64,000 nucleotides of DNA from Phoronis australis (Eukaryota; Animalia; Phoronida), in NCBI GenBank assembly GCA_002633005.1, contig NMRA01000507.1:124001-188000 (forward strand), written 5' to 3'. The notes under the pieces were generated by a model. That model had not been told where the DNA came from. It did not search any database and saw only the letters and a list, made by a program, of their open reading frames with translations. Each line of letters starts with the position of its first letter. Within the stretch, counting starts at the first letter, position 1. Position numbers and translations under genes: made by a program. Below are positions 1 through 10,622 of the stretch, in pieces.

Positions 1-768
1 TGATGAATGCTCAATAGTGCTCTGTTGTTTCTGTTTTACTGCATGTAATTAGTGCCAAAATTGGGTGAATGTGATTACTTTTGTGTATTGGGACTCCCTG
101 ACTTGTGACGGATTCTGTTTTGAGAATTGAAGAACGCCACTGGTTCACTTTGCTCCTAGCTGTTTGTAAAGAAGAAACCTTAATTAGTAGATTTTATTAG
201 AGTTTGCCATTTGAACCACCACCCAACAAAAGTGAACAGAGTATTTGGCACTTTTCTCAGCATGTTTTTATGCTTTTAACGCCCTTTGAGACTTTTCTGA
301 AGCACTTTAAATGTTGGGGAGCCATCATAACTCACCCTAGGCCAAGGGCACTTTGTAAAGTATGTCACTTCTCAGTGTATCTATTTCATACGTCGTGTTA
401 TTTACCACAAAATGCAAGTGCTCATTTTACTTTGGATACTCGGTACCGAGGAGCTTTACCTTAGGGGCTCTTTCAGCAAAAAGTGGTTGGGGTTTTTTGT
501 AAACTAGTATTGCTGTCTGCAGCACCTTCATTCAGTCACAGGATTTAAGGTATGTTGCGATGAGGAAGGTTTTACATTGTCGACATATCGGTGACGAGAA
601 AAGAGGATTAGCGATGCTTCTGTTGAACAACTTGAAATATTTTAACGATACGTACCATAAAGAGCTCCTATGGGGGCTTTTTCAAACTTTGTGAGTTCTT
701 TTGGAAATCCCTGGTATGTAATTACTATGAAAAATTTAGTCAATGTAATACATTTTGTTATTTTTCAG

Positions 769-797
769 CTGAAAAATCTAGTCACAGTCAAGACCAG
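769..797 (+). CDS. Candidate 29-nt coding micro-exon of an upstream, unidentified + strand gene ((x)EKSSHSQDQ)
   Basis: Acceptor ttttgttatttttcag ends at 768 and donor cag|gtgagt starts at 798. The exon reads open in phase 1-0 and joins in frame to the candidate exon at 3157. Confidence 0.4.
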
Positions 798-863
798 GTG
801 AGTGCCAGTCAATACCATCTAGTTCAATGAATGATCTGTTAGTCAGTGTAATAGTGTTTTGAT

Positions 864-1270
864 AGGGCCGTCCCGGATTACCCAGCGATAGAACTCTCCT
901 TTGTTCCATAAATGAGAAAGCCCGTGACTTTGTTTTGGAAATCAGGCACATTTTCGTATATCTCATAGAAGTCAGCAAGGCAAAGAATTTCACATCACAC
1001 ACGAGTATTTATTCCTCAGACCTGCAGTTTATCAAACTTTCCCCCGTCGGAATTGCAGCCCGCAGCACAGCAGTAATACTTCGTTGGCATTAGAAGGATG
1101 AATAGAGTAATGCAGCCAAGATAAACTTGTAAACAATCAGGCAACAAGAAGTAACATGTGAAACTCCAATGGCACGAAAGCGAGGCAGCAAATGTGTCTG
1201 ACAGATGTTTATGGCATTGTGGGTAAATACAGAAAGATTCGAGAGTCACCGTGTAATCCGGGACGGCCCT
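864..1270 (-). mobile_element. Non-autonomous TIR DNA element (~407 bp) carrying a THAP-like N-terminal remnant; possible ISL2EU/PIF-Harbinger derivative
   Basis: TIR agggccgtcccggattac ... gtaatccgggacggccct, flanked by AT on both sides (or TA if the TIR is taken one base shorter). The - strand reads MPTKYYCCAAGCNSDGGKFDKL and MCDVKFFALLTS. An inverted homologue lies at 15115-15507. Confidence 0.85.
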
Positions 1271-2044
1271 ATTGTGAGTTTGTGTACACGTGATGTCACA
1301 ATCAATGTCTCTCAAGAACCTTTGAAAGCAAGTTTACTGACTGAGGTTAGTTGTAGCGAGCGTCACATGGATAAAAATATTGGGTGAGGCAAAAGAATTA
1401 TTGATCATTGCAGATGGTCGTGTTTCTACTCATCTTAACTTTTACCTCTCGGTGGTGGCCATATTGCTAGTAGACATTAGTAAAGTCTTCTGTTGATTTT
1501 TGTAATAAGACAACTGTAGATCTTGTGTGACATAAGTTTGACCTTGATAAACTTTGGAATAACTATTAGTGAAGATGCCTCCCAGCTGTTGTCAGAGTGT
1601 TGGTTGATCATTTGTACCTGAGGAATATTTTGTCGTGTTTACGTTGTAGCAGTTCTAGTCCAGGAGAGGCGGTATGTAGGTCAATGTAGTCTGCATGGCT
1701 CGGTTACTAACCTCAGCTGTAACTCCTCTTAGAATTTGAAATAAATCGTGGTATGACACCATCTATTCTTAACAGTTATTTCGGTTGTCATTGTCATAAT
1801 CATGTTGTCTGCTTTTTCTAACTTGTAAGTGATCTGCTTTTATTTATCTCCTTAACTAACCCGATGTAAGCCTCATTGCTTGTGAATACTGTGGACATGC
1901 TGTTATAAGTTCACTTAACTATCTCTTTCAAAACTTGAAATTAAGGAAGTGGCTTATTTCTTTCTGAATGAAATTGCAAAATTACGTAATGTGCTGATGT
2001 ATGCTACCCAGTCCATCTATTGAAAGCCACCTTGATCGATTTAA

Positions 2045-2330
2045 GGTTATGTAGGACACTTGAAAAATGGAACATCTCTGAAATGACTGATCGGATTCTT
2101 TTGAAGCGTTCTTTGGAATTGTTTTTAAAATTTTCCATGCTTATATGAAGGGCTATAATCACGATTTAAAAAAATTTCGCTGAAAAGACATGGTCACATC
2201 ACCCAAAGAGTTCTAGTCAAAAGTCAAATTCTACGTGGTTTCTGCTTTCAGAAAATAAGTAATTTACGAAGTTGTTCTTTAGTTTTCTTTTTAGATTTTG
2301 GTCTTAATACACAGGTTGTCCTATGTAACT
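2045..2330. mobile_element. MITE with TTAA target duplication (Kolobok/piggyBac-like)
   Basis: TTAA at 2041-2044 and 2331-2334; imperfect TIR ggttatgtaggaca ... tgtcctatgtaact. The same left end (ttaaggttatgta) recurs at 30141. Confidence 0.6.
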
Positions 2331-3154
2331 TTAAAGATGTATTTGGATACTAATATGTAGAAGGAACTAAACGACAATGCTATTTTAAGATAATCTACAC
2401 TAAATAATGTTCAATTGTATCCACTGAAAACTTGTAAATGTGAAAACAAAAAATTCTGGATATACCACTGGGGTCCAGTAGGTGACCCTTGCACTAATGA
2501 CATGTCTCACATAGCCTGCATCATGCAGTGTTATGCCCCGACCACGTCCTCATACTTACTGGACACGGTTGTGATGGATCATTTTTGCCATAAAACTCCT
2601 TCTTAAAAATGTTTTTGCAATTTTCCACCTACTTCATATTCAAATCGTCACTATGCGTTGTGTTTCTAACTAATTTGGCTAAGCAGTTGCAGAGTTTAAG
2701 GAATTAACCTGCAAGTTCCATTTAAATGGGAATGCTCCGTAATTTTATTTATAATGTTATTGTACTGCACTTTATGGTGCTTAATATAACCTCTGATGGA
2801 ATGTTAACTCTGTCTAATACTAACAAAGAGTTTGCAACAACAATGCTATAGTGATTTCAACAGTCAGTGTGAATGTTTCAGCTCAATTTCATAGTCTTCT
2901 TTGTATTACATGAACGATGATACTTCAGTTTATTACTGGACTTGTGCAATGGTCTTAACCAGTTGTTACACATTTCAATGATAAATTAAAAGTGGTCATA
3001 CTCTTTTTCTGACTATCCACGTACTACCAAAATTTAGTAATTTACTTATTTTGGGTATTAACACCTTTCAACTAATAGTTACGACATGGTTAAATTGCTA
3101 AGATGTTACATAGAAATGTTCAACAACTGATTTCCGGCATTTTTTACATTCTGT

Positions 3155-3650
3155 AGGGCCCTAGTGCCGATGACAACCAGATCAACGATGACTCGCTGGA
3201 GTTCAATGATGAAAGTCTAGAAGAGTCTTGTGTGTGACCACAACAGTAGTGACCTCTGGTGGTAGTAGTCAACAGTGACTTAGTGGAGTTAAGTGATTAA
3301 GTCTAAAACAGTATTGTTCATGACAGGGACCACAGTGACCTCTGGTGGTGATGGCAAAGATCAGGTCAGTGATGAATCAGTGGAGTTCACTGATGGAATT
3401 GTAAGGATTCTGTGATGAAATTATCATGATTTATATGCATGACTAAGACTACAGTGACCCCTGGTGGTGTAATGACAATCCAGTCAACAATGGCGCAGTG
3501 GAGTTCAACGATTGAAGTCAGAATGAGTCTTTTTGATTAGGGCCAGTGTGACTTCTGGTGGTGATGGTAACAACCATGTCAATTATTGCATTAAATTTAG
3601 CGACTGACCTTATGATTTGTGGAATATCCGCCATCTATGCTCCCTAGTGG
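3155..3650. repeat. Degenerate tandem array of 5-6 units (86-119 bp) with a conserved GTGACCTCTGGTGG block (CTCF-like on - strand)
   Basis: Blocks start at 3155, 3249, 3335, 3454, 3548 and 3637. A second block, (G/C)TGGAGTT(C/A)A, occurs at 3196, 3283, 3380 and 3498. Confidence 0.8.
3157..3237 (+). CDS. Candidate terminal coding exon of the upstream gene (GPSADDNQINDDSLEFNDESLEESCV*), acidic tail
   Basis: Polypyrimidine acceptor ttttttacattctgtag ends at 3156, followed by 26 open codons with strongly acidic composition and TGA at 3235-3237. It is in phase with the 769-797 micro-exon, and downstream sequence is T-rich like a 3' UTR. Confidence 0.45.
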   Translation, partial: GPSADDNQINDDSLEFNDESLEESCV

Positions 3651-6301
3651 CTGGAAATGCAGGTATACGTTCTCTGTTTTCATTGGTTGGTTTCATTGTG
3701 CTTTAGATGACCGTCATCCCACAATGCATTGTGATATGACAGATCCATCTTTGTAAAAAGGTCACTGGTATTGATACCGGGTCATGTCTTGTACTAAATT
3801 GTCTCTGTGCATTATTACTGTAAATTTCCAAAAATGTGCCATGGTTACTCTTTTTTTAGAAATCTATCATGTGGTTTTACTTTTCTGAGTGTGCTCTATA
3901 TGTTTGCCTTGCATTTTGGCAGTTTGTGGAATGCTTGTGTAAAGTTTTGGAAATGAACTGGAGTTTATGTCGTGGTGTGAGGAGACCATGACTCTCCAAC
4001 TGTTGTTTCTCTTGTTTCCAATTTAGTGTTACTGTAACAATTTGTGCAGGTTTTTTAAGGGGCATTTTGCCCACGTTTAGGTGTTGATGTTGAATTCTTG
4101 ACCAAAATGATTTGGGACTTAAAAACATGACCATGCTCATCCGATCTTGGATTGTTGCCGAGCGAGCCGTCTACATGAAGTCACATGGAATGCATAGATG
4201 TGCCATTTTGGAATTCGCAGTTGTAGGATTGGTGAACCCCAATAAACTCTCAAGTATTTTCTCGAGATGCTGATGGTTTCAATGTTCTCATTAATAATGG
4301 AAAATGAATATGAGAGTGAGAGGCTCAATTTGATCTTCATTTTTAGCCAGCTAAACCGGGCAAAATTCAGCTTTAACTAATCATTGATCTGTTCATCAGC
4401 CTTGATCACATTTGACTGGTACAAAGTTGTCACCTAGTCATGAACACGTGTATGGTACATTGCTGAAAGTGCATCTGCTTGTATTTTACTGGAGTTTTAC
4501 TGCTAGCTGAGACAGATCCTGGATCATGACCTTAGGGGGCCTGACAATTTCACAACCCTCTATCATAGCAATTCGAAGGTGGCCAATTGAGGTTATCTCG
4601 ACAAGCCGTACCTCTTGTCAGCCACTCCAACTGTATTTTGTTATGCATACAGTAGTGCCACAAGTATTCAGGTAAAATTACCCAGAATTACGTCATGATG
4701 GCTGGGCCAAACTCCTCATCAGTGTAGCCTTTTCTCTTGACCGAGAATGAAGTCAATTTAACAGGAAATTTCTTAAGGTGGCTAAGCCATTTTTTAATTA
4801 GACTTTTTTGCCTCTGTAATCATCATTACCTGTTATTTTTGCTGTAAACATAATTAAGTGTAATGACAGGTTGATGTTATTTTGCCTGATTACTGCCATC
4901 CTGTACTGTAGGTTAGTTCCCTGTCTTTGTAAATTGCTGCCCTGCATTTAGAATAACTTGTTCCTGCCAAAGTAGTCTGCTAACTGTTCTTAATCGATAT
5001 CCGGTATATTGTTACGGTATTGTTGAGTTTTACATTTTACGTACAACTTGTGCTGGTCATGTTTTTGTTGGTTATTTTTGCTGTTAATCATTTTAATGAA
5101 TGCTGTGGGTAACATGTGTATAAGAATAAATCAGTATGGTGAATTCTCACCAATTGTGGACACAGTGTGGTGTAAAAGTGAATATTTCCCTATTTTTTTT
5201 CATGAATCGAAGATACCAAGACCAAATTAATGCTTGTCCATGTACTAGCTATATACCATGGCTACATGTGACAATGTTTTGAAACCTGGCCATTCGTGAC
5301 AATGTTGGTAAACCTTGGAAAATGAAAACTGATCATTTTGGTGATTTTTCGTCCAAAATTGGTGAGATTTTACCGGATTTTTTTGGTATAGTTGAACGTT
5401 AAGCAGTTAAGCAGGTAGACTGGTAATTTATACGATGGTGCTTCGAATGATAAATCAAAGTGATATGTGTTTGGAATGGGGATACTTACACTTCTGAAAG
5501 TTAGTGAACACCGTATTTCAGCTTTTGATGTAGCAAAGTGCTTTAAGACATGGACTGTCGATTTTTCTGAATCTATTCTGGTGAGATCTATTTATATAAC
5601 TGTGCTGTTGAGCTTAAAATGATACTAAACCCGTTTTGATGATTTCAACCAAGCTTCATTTTTCCACCTGCTAATGCATCATTAGCCTTCCTCTTAAGTG
5701 ATAGAAGCAAGTTTCAAATACAAACTTATACTTTCTTTGTGGCAGATAAGACACTATGGTACTTTGTGGGTGTTTTTTTCCCCTACAGTTGTTAAACTCG
5801 CCTAAGGAGTATGTCTCCTTGCCCCTTAGGAGACTTTTTAAGGAATTTTGAAATTGTTCTAGAAATAGTTTTAATGTCTTAATATGCCAAAACTGAGCTT
5901 AGTATCCTTTTAAGGAACATTTTAGATTAAAACTTTCAATTTCATGTAACAAAGCTGACTTCCTCCCCATATTGTTGAAAAGTAATTAAAAAGAGGTGAT
6001 CTTGGGTAATTAAATTTAGTTTTGTTATAACTGTAAAGTTTTATTGCCTCAAGTCTTGAAAGAGTCAAACTGCCATAATTTTTAAATTTTATTTAACCAT
6101 TACTTGGGGTGTACAACTTATCTTAAAAAAACTTGAGGAGGAATATTTCGATAATTTTAACAACCTTTCTGTCCTTGATGATAACAAATTGCAAGTTTTA
6201 AAATTACAATTTTGTGCAAAATTATGGTTACATATTTTTGATATTCCCAGAAGACTGTCAATCATTTATATAACTTTCTTCTGCATTGTGACCATGCTCT
6301 C

Positions 6302-6451
6302 TGGTGGCGGATTTAGAGGGGGCCAAGGCCCTCTCTAAAATTCTCCCAGATTTCATTAGGCAGTTCGGGGGTGCGAATGTCTGACAGGCAAAATCCTGGC
6401 TAATACTCTGCCCTGGCCCCCCCCCAACTCAAAATCCTGGATCCGCCCCTG
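6302..6451. mobile_element. ~150 bp hAT-like MITE (CAGGGGCGGATCC-type termini), family copy 1
   Basis: Ends tggtggcggatttagagggg ... ctggatccgcccctg. A reverse-complement homologue lies at 21498-21644. Confidence 0.75.
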
Positions 6452-7137
6452 GCTCTGGTGTCAATTACAGCTTTCTTCACAGCGGTAGTATTTGCTCTTT
6501 ACAAATTTTGTTTAAATTGCAATATAACTCTTAGAATTCCCCTGATGTCTGTACTGCTTGGTCAATTGAAGCTAATATGCCACAATGACAAAAACTTAGG
6601 GAGCCATGTCTGAAGCCATAATGTCGGTCTGCTTCTTAGGCCTTGAAACCTGTTCTAATCCGAGTACAGAGCAAAATTAAGCAATTTTATGATTATTACG
6701 CCGAATCAAAAATTTGTCTGAAGTGTAGGTTTGATGCACCTTTAAGTCATTCTGGGATTTGTTGTTTTGAAATAAGTTGCATTTAGTGATGTTTGGATCT
6801 AAGTTATCTCAATTTTTTCTGCACTTATTGTGGGTCTGCTATCTGGTGAAACGATGTACATCCTGGCTTTGTTGTAATAACATCTAATTAATCCACGTGG
6901 TGTATGCTATTAAACTGGTTTAACGCCAGTTTGAAGTGGCTATTACATAAACACCGTGTTTGTAATTGGTTATTTCTATGTTTTACACGATATATTTTTA
7001 TATCTAGAGTATAAAAGTCATTATTTCTGGGAACATATACATAACAGAAGGCATGTTGAAGATTGTGAAGGATGTAGTGCATAATGGCTGAATTCACTTG
7101 TAGGCCTTCAATAATATTGTTTTGTTCTTCTTGAGCA

Positions 7138-7625
7138 CAGCCTCGTCCACAAGCCTCAAGATGGCGCTGATTGGTTTCGTTATCCATTTGAGCTCTACTC
7201 TTTCACAGTGCTGTGAAAGTTAGAACTGTAGAATGTTGTTTAACATGGTTAAAGTATAGTGAAACCAACATCATAACATTTAGTCATTCCTATTGTTTGA
7301 AATCTTGGAAATCCCTTTTTCTGTTAGTAGCATGGGGACCATCTTTGACCGACTTGAATAGTTACAATTTATTAAAACAGGCAATGATCGAAGTAAACAA
7401 AATAAAAGAAACCCTGATCCAGTGGCTTAAGCCCAAACGAGTTCAGTGCGTAGATGGCATTTGCAAGTGGTGGTGATATGATCGGTAAAACCAAGCATGC
7501 GCATTGATGCACACACGGATTTTCGTGTGTCATTCATCATTCCACAGGGCCACTTTTCAGTATAGGTGGCGCTGTGTCAGAGGGTAAACCGATCAACGCC
7601 ATCTTGAGGCTTGGGGATGAGGCTG
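7138..7625. mobile_element. ~490 bp MITE with ~40 bp TIRs containing YY1-like CAAGATGGCG
   Basis: The left end cagcctcgtccacaagcctcaagatggcgctgattggttt matches the reverse complement of the right end aaaccgatcaacgccatcttgaggcttggggatgaggctg with few mismatches. No clear TSD. Confidence 0.8.
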
Positions 7626-10356
7626 TTCTGTTGTGCAGTCAGCTAGTGGGGTCAGTTCTAACCAATGAGATAAATACAGCTCATTGATTGTAACTAATAG
7701 TTGGGATAATGGACAAAACGACATGATAGTTGTAACCTAGCTGGGATGTAACTATGAAATTGTATTGAAGTTGACATACCACTGTCTTGTCAGTATTGAA
7801 AACTTATGTATTGGTGAGAATAAACCATGAAGTGTATACAACTTCCGACTGGCAATTTTACTTTCATATAAAGGCATTCATTACCGTACCGTCTGTTGGG
7901 ATGGACGGTTAATTCGGACAGATTTCGTATGTCTCGTTTAGTCGAGTGCTTATCAACCACCCCTCGCTGATGCCAGGTCACTCATGGTTACAAACCCTGC
8001 CCCGAACAGTATAGCGTCCATCTTTTCCGTGACTTCGCCATTCACCCTTTGGGTGTCACTTCTGTCATTTAACCCCGGATCTCATTGCTACCTTTATGTA
8101 GGTGTTGCATTTCCCTAAAGGCTGTGGGTACACGGGCAAACTATAAGTTCGGGAGTATGCTGTCAACCTGCAGATGACAATTCATAAACTTACCTGTTTG
8201 AAAAGTTGATCAAAATTGGAGAAACGTATTGAGGCATTGCGCACAGAAGACGAGTCCTATCAATACACGTATGTGCATGGAAATAATGAGGGTAATCAAG
8301 AACGGTACAAAGTTCAAGAAAATACGCCGAAACACCGGCCGACGATATGGCACTTCGCATGCATACGTTTTGGCAAGTTAATCCCGTTGAATTGTAGGAG
8401 TAGCGCACAGGAAGGAAGGACACATGAATTGAAACATTGTCTAAAATACTTGAAAACGTGGTCAAATCGAAAATGCGCTACAGCGCATCAAAGCATTCCG
8501 CTTGAGAGCCTGGTTGAAATCTCATAGGAAATTGAATGTGTAGGAGTTGTGCACAGAAGGGCATTTCGGTTCATGGATGGGACAAAAATCGGAACTACAG
8601 CCCTTCGCAAACATACTTCAGTGTTGGAAAAACATGCCACGTGACATTTCACTAACTTCATAGTTACACGTGGCTTCAAAAAGCTACAAGATTTCTGAAC
8701 TTTTATGCTGCTGATTTTGCACCTCTGACACAAAATCGTGGAAGGCATTCGGAAAAAAAACTTCGATTTTTAAACACATGCGACACGAAAGTTTCATCGT
8801 TTGCATATGCTGTTTTTCGTTGTTACTGAGATGCAGATGAGTTTAACTGCAGTTATTAGATTAAAGGATTGTATACTCGATACTGGTAACACTAAAGGCT
8901 GCTTCTAGGCATGGAAGGTAATATTCGTCGATCATTAATAATTGCAACAGGTGCTCTAGAGCAATTAGCTGACTAATTATTACAGTCAAGGTATAACACA
9001 TACCCAACATTTATTTGATTAGTTGGTTGAATGAGTTCGTCAATGTTTGTAAACGCAACTTTATGAGCATATGGAATCGCTCTGTGACAGTTTAAACAAC
9101 ACAATTTGGCCAATTCATACAATTTGGACTTTCAATTAACCACGCATATGTTAATATCGTCTTTACGCAGCAGACACAGGTGTGCTTTATTGAATTCCAA
9201 CAATTCTTGATCAGTGTCAGTGAGGATGTTCTTTGTGCGTGGCAACCACTCGATTCCCTTCACAAAAATCTAAGATGGCCGACAAAATTGTCGTAAATGG
9301 TTACAGTTTCACCAGTGCGGATGAAGGAGATTTCTTGTGTGCCGTGGTTCAGTTCATTGCAGAGACTTAGCGCAATTCTTAAGTCTTAAGTATATAGATG
9401 GCAATATGGCAATATGTGTCCTGAACAGTGTAAAACTGAGGAAAGTGCGAAACAACGATCATCGTATTTTAAAATGCGCAATAGGCTACTGCCACATAAA
9501 TTCGTAGCATTTGCGAGTCAAAAAGTGATTCCTAAAATCACTAGCTAGCCTTACAAATTTTGTCCAATTCAATCGCTTTGCAAGTCATCATGAAGTTGAA
9601 AATCTGACAAGATACGTTGCGTACGATCTTGAGTTGGCGCGTTCAAGTAGACAAGACGAAAATAAATCGTTGTGACGCCGCTTTAACCGATTCGAAACTG
9701 CCCGATCGTAGACATGGACAACAATAAAACCCATAAATTCATTTTATGTATTAATTCTTGATATTCAAAAATATACGTTTGTTCATTTTCAATGACAAAC
9801 TAAAAATTACAAAAGCGCTCAAAATTCAAAGACCGAATAGCTAGGTCTACCTGAAAGTAATGAACTCAAAATATTACGGCATTTAAAAAAAATAACATTA
9901 GGTGTTGCTCAAGAAAAAATTAGTTAGTGACAATTTTAAATATGTTGTTGGGAGTGACAAAATTGCAACCTTTGTGCCAGCACAGTTGATATCTTTCGAA
10001 AACCATTGTTAGACCAAGGCTTACTCTCCCGTCCTCTTATAAGGGAGACGCACGTGGGTTGGTTTGTTTATCCTACCAAATTAAAAATTCAAGATGGTGG
10101 GCGTAACCGTAGACTCGTGTCAATAATACTAATCTTGACTCGTGTATACATGTTTGTCAATTTATTGCCTCGAGGAGATTACTGGGGTGATACTGCAAAC
10201 TTTAAAAAAAAAAAACAAATTAGTATGTGCTACCATTTAAGAAAGAATTTAACTTGCCCTGGCTAGTGTTTTACGACTCGATTTTTGCGAACAATCGACC
10301 CTTGCTAAGGACCTCCTTACTGTTAGGGAATGTAAGATATACATATTACTTACCGG

Positions 10357-10622
10357 CAGAGGCGGATCTACGGGGGTGGGATTAAGGGGGTTTAAACCCC
10401 ACTGGGACAGGATCAAAAATAAAAAATTATAAAAAAAACGACGCCAGGAAAACGTAATCACCTACAAAAACCATAAAAAAAACTTACACGGAAACCCCCT
10501 CCCGACCTCCCCCCATTCGGTACTATGCGCATCTACAATCGTGGTTCAGTTTGCGCAAATGCTTCCAGCCGGACAAAATATTGGGCCCCCCCCCCCCTTG
10601 TGATATCCTAGATCCGCCCCTG
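10357..10622. mobile_element. hAT-like MITE (~265 bp)
   Basis: TIR cagaggcggatcta ... tagatccgcccctg with subterminal G and C runs; same terminus type as the 6302 and 21498 elements. Confidence 0.75.

Noticed and set aside
1-130. C/D-box snoRNA candidates (TGATGA at 1, TGATTA...CTGA at ~75-101; also TGATGA...CTGA at 3370-3393)
   Set aside because: No terminal stems and no rRNA/snRNA complementarity that I could recognise; box spacing is poor.
3155-3650. CRISPR-like repeat-spacer array
   Set aside because: The context is eukaryotic, no cas genes are present, the repeats are degenerate and the spacers are homologous to each other, so it is a tandem repeat.
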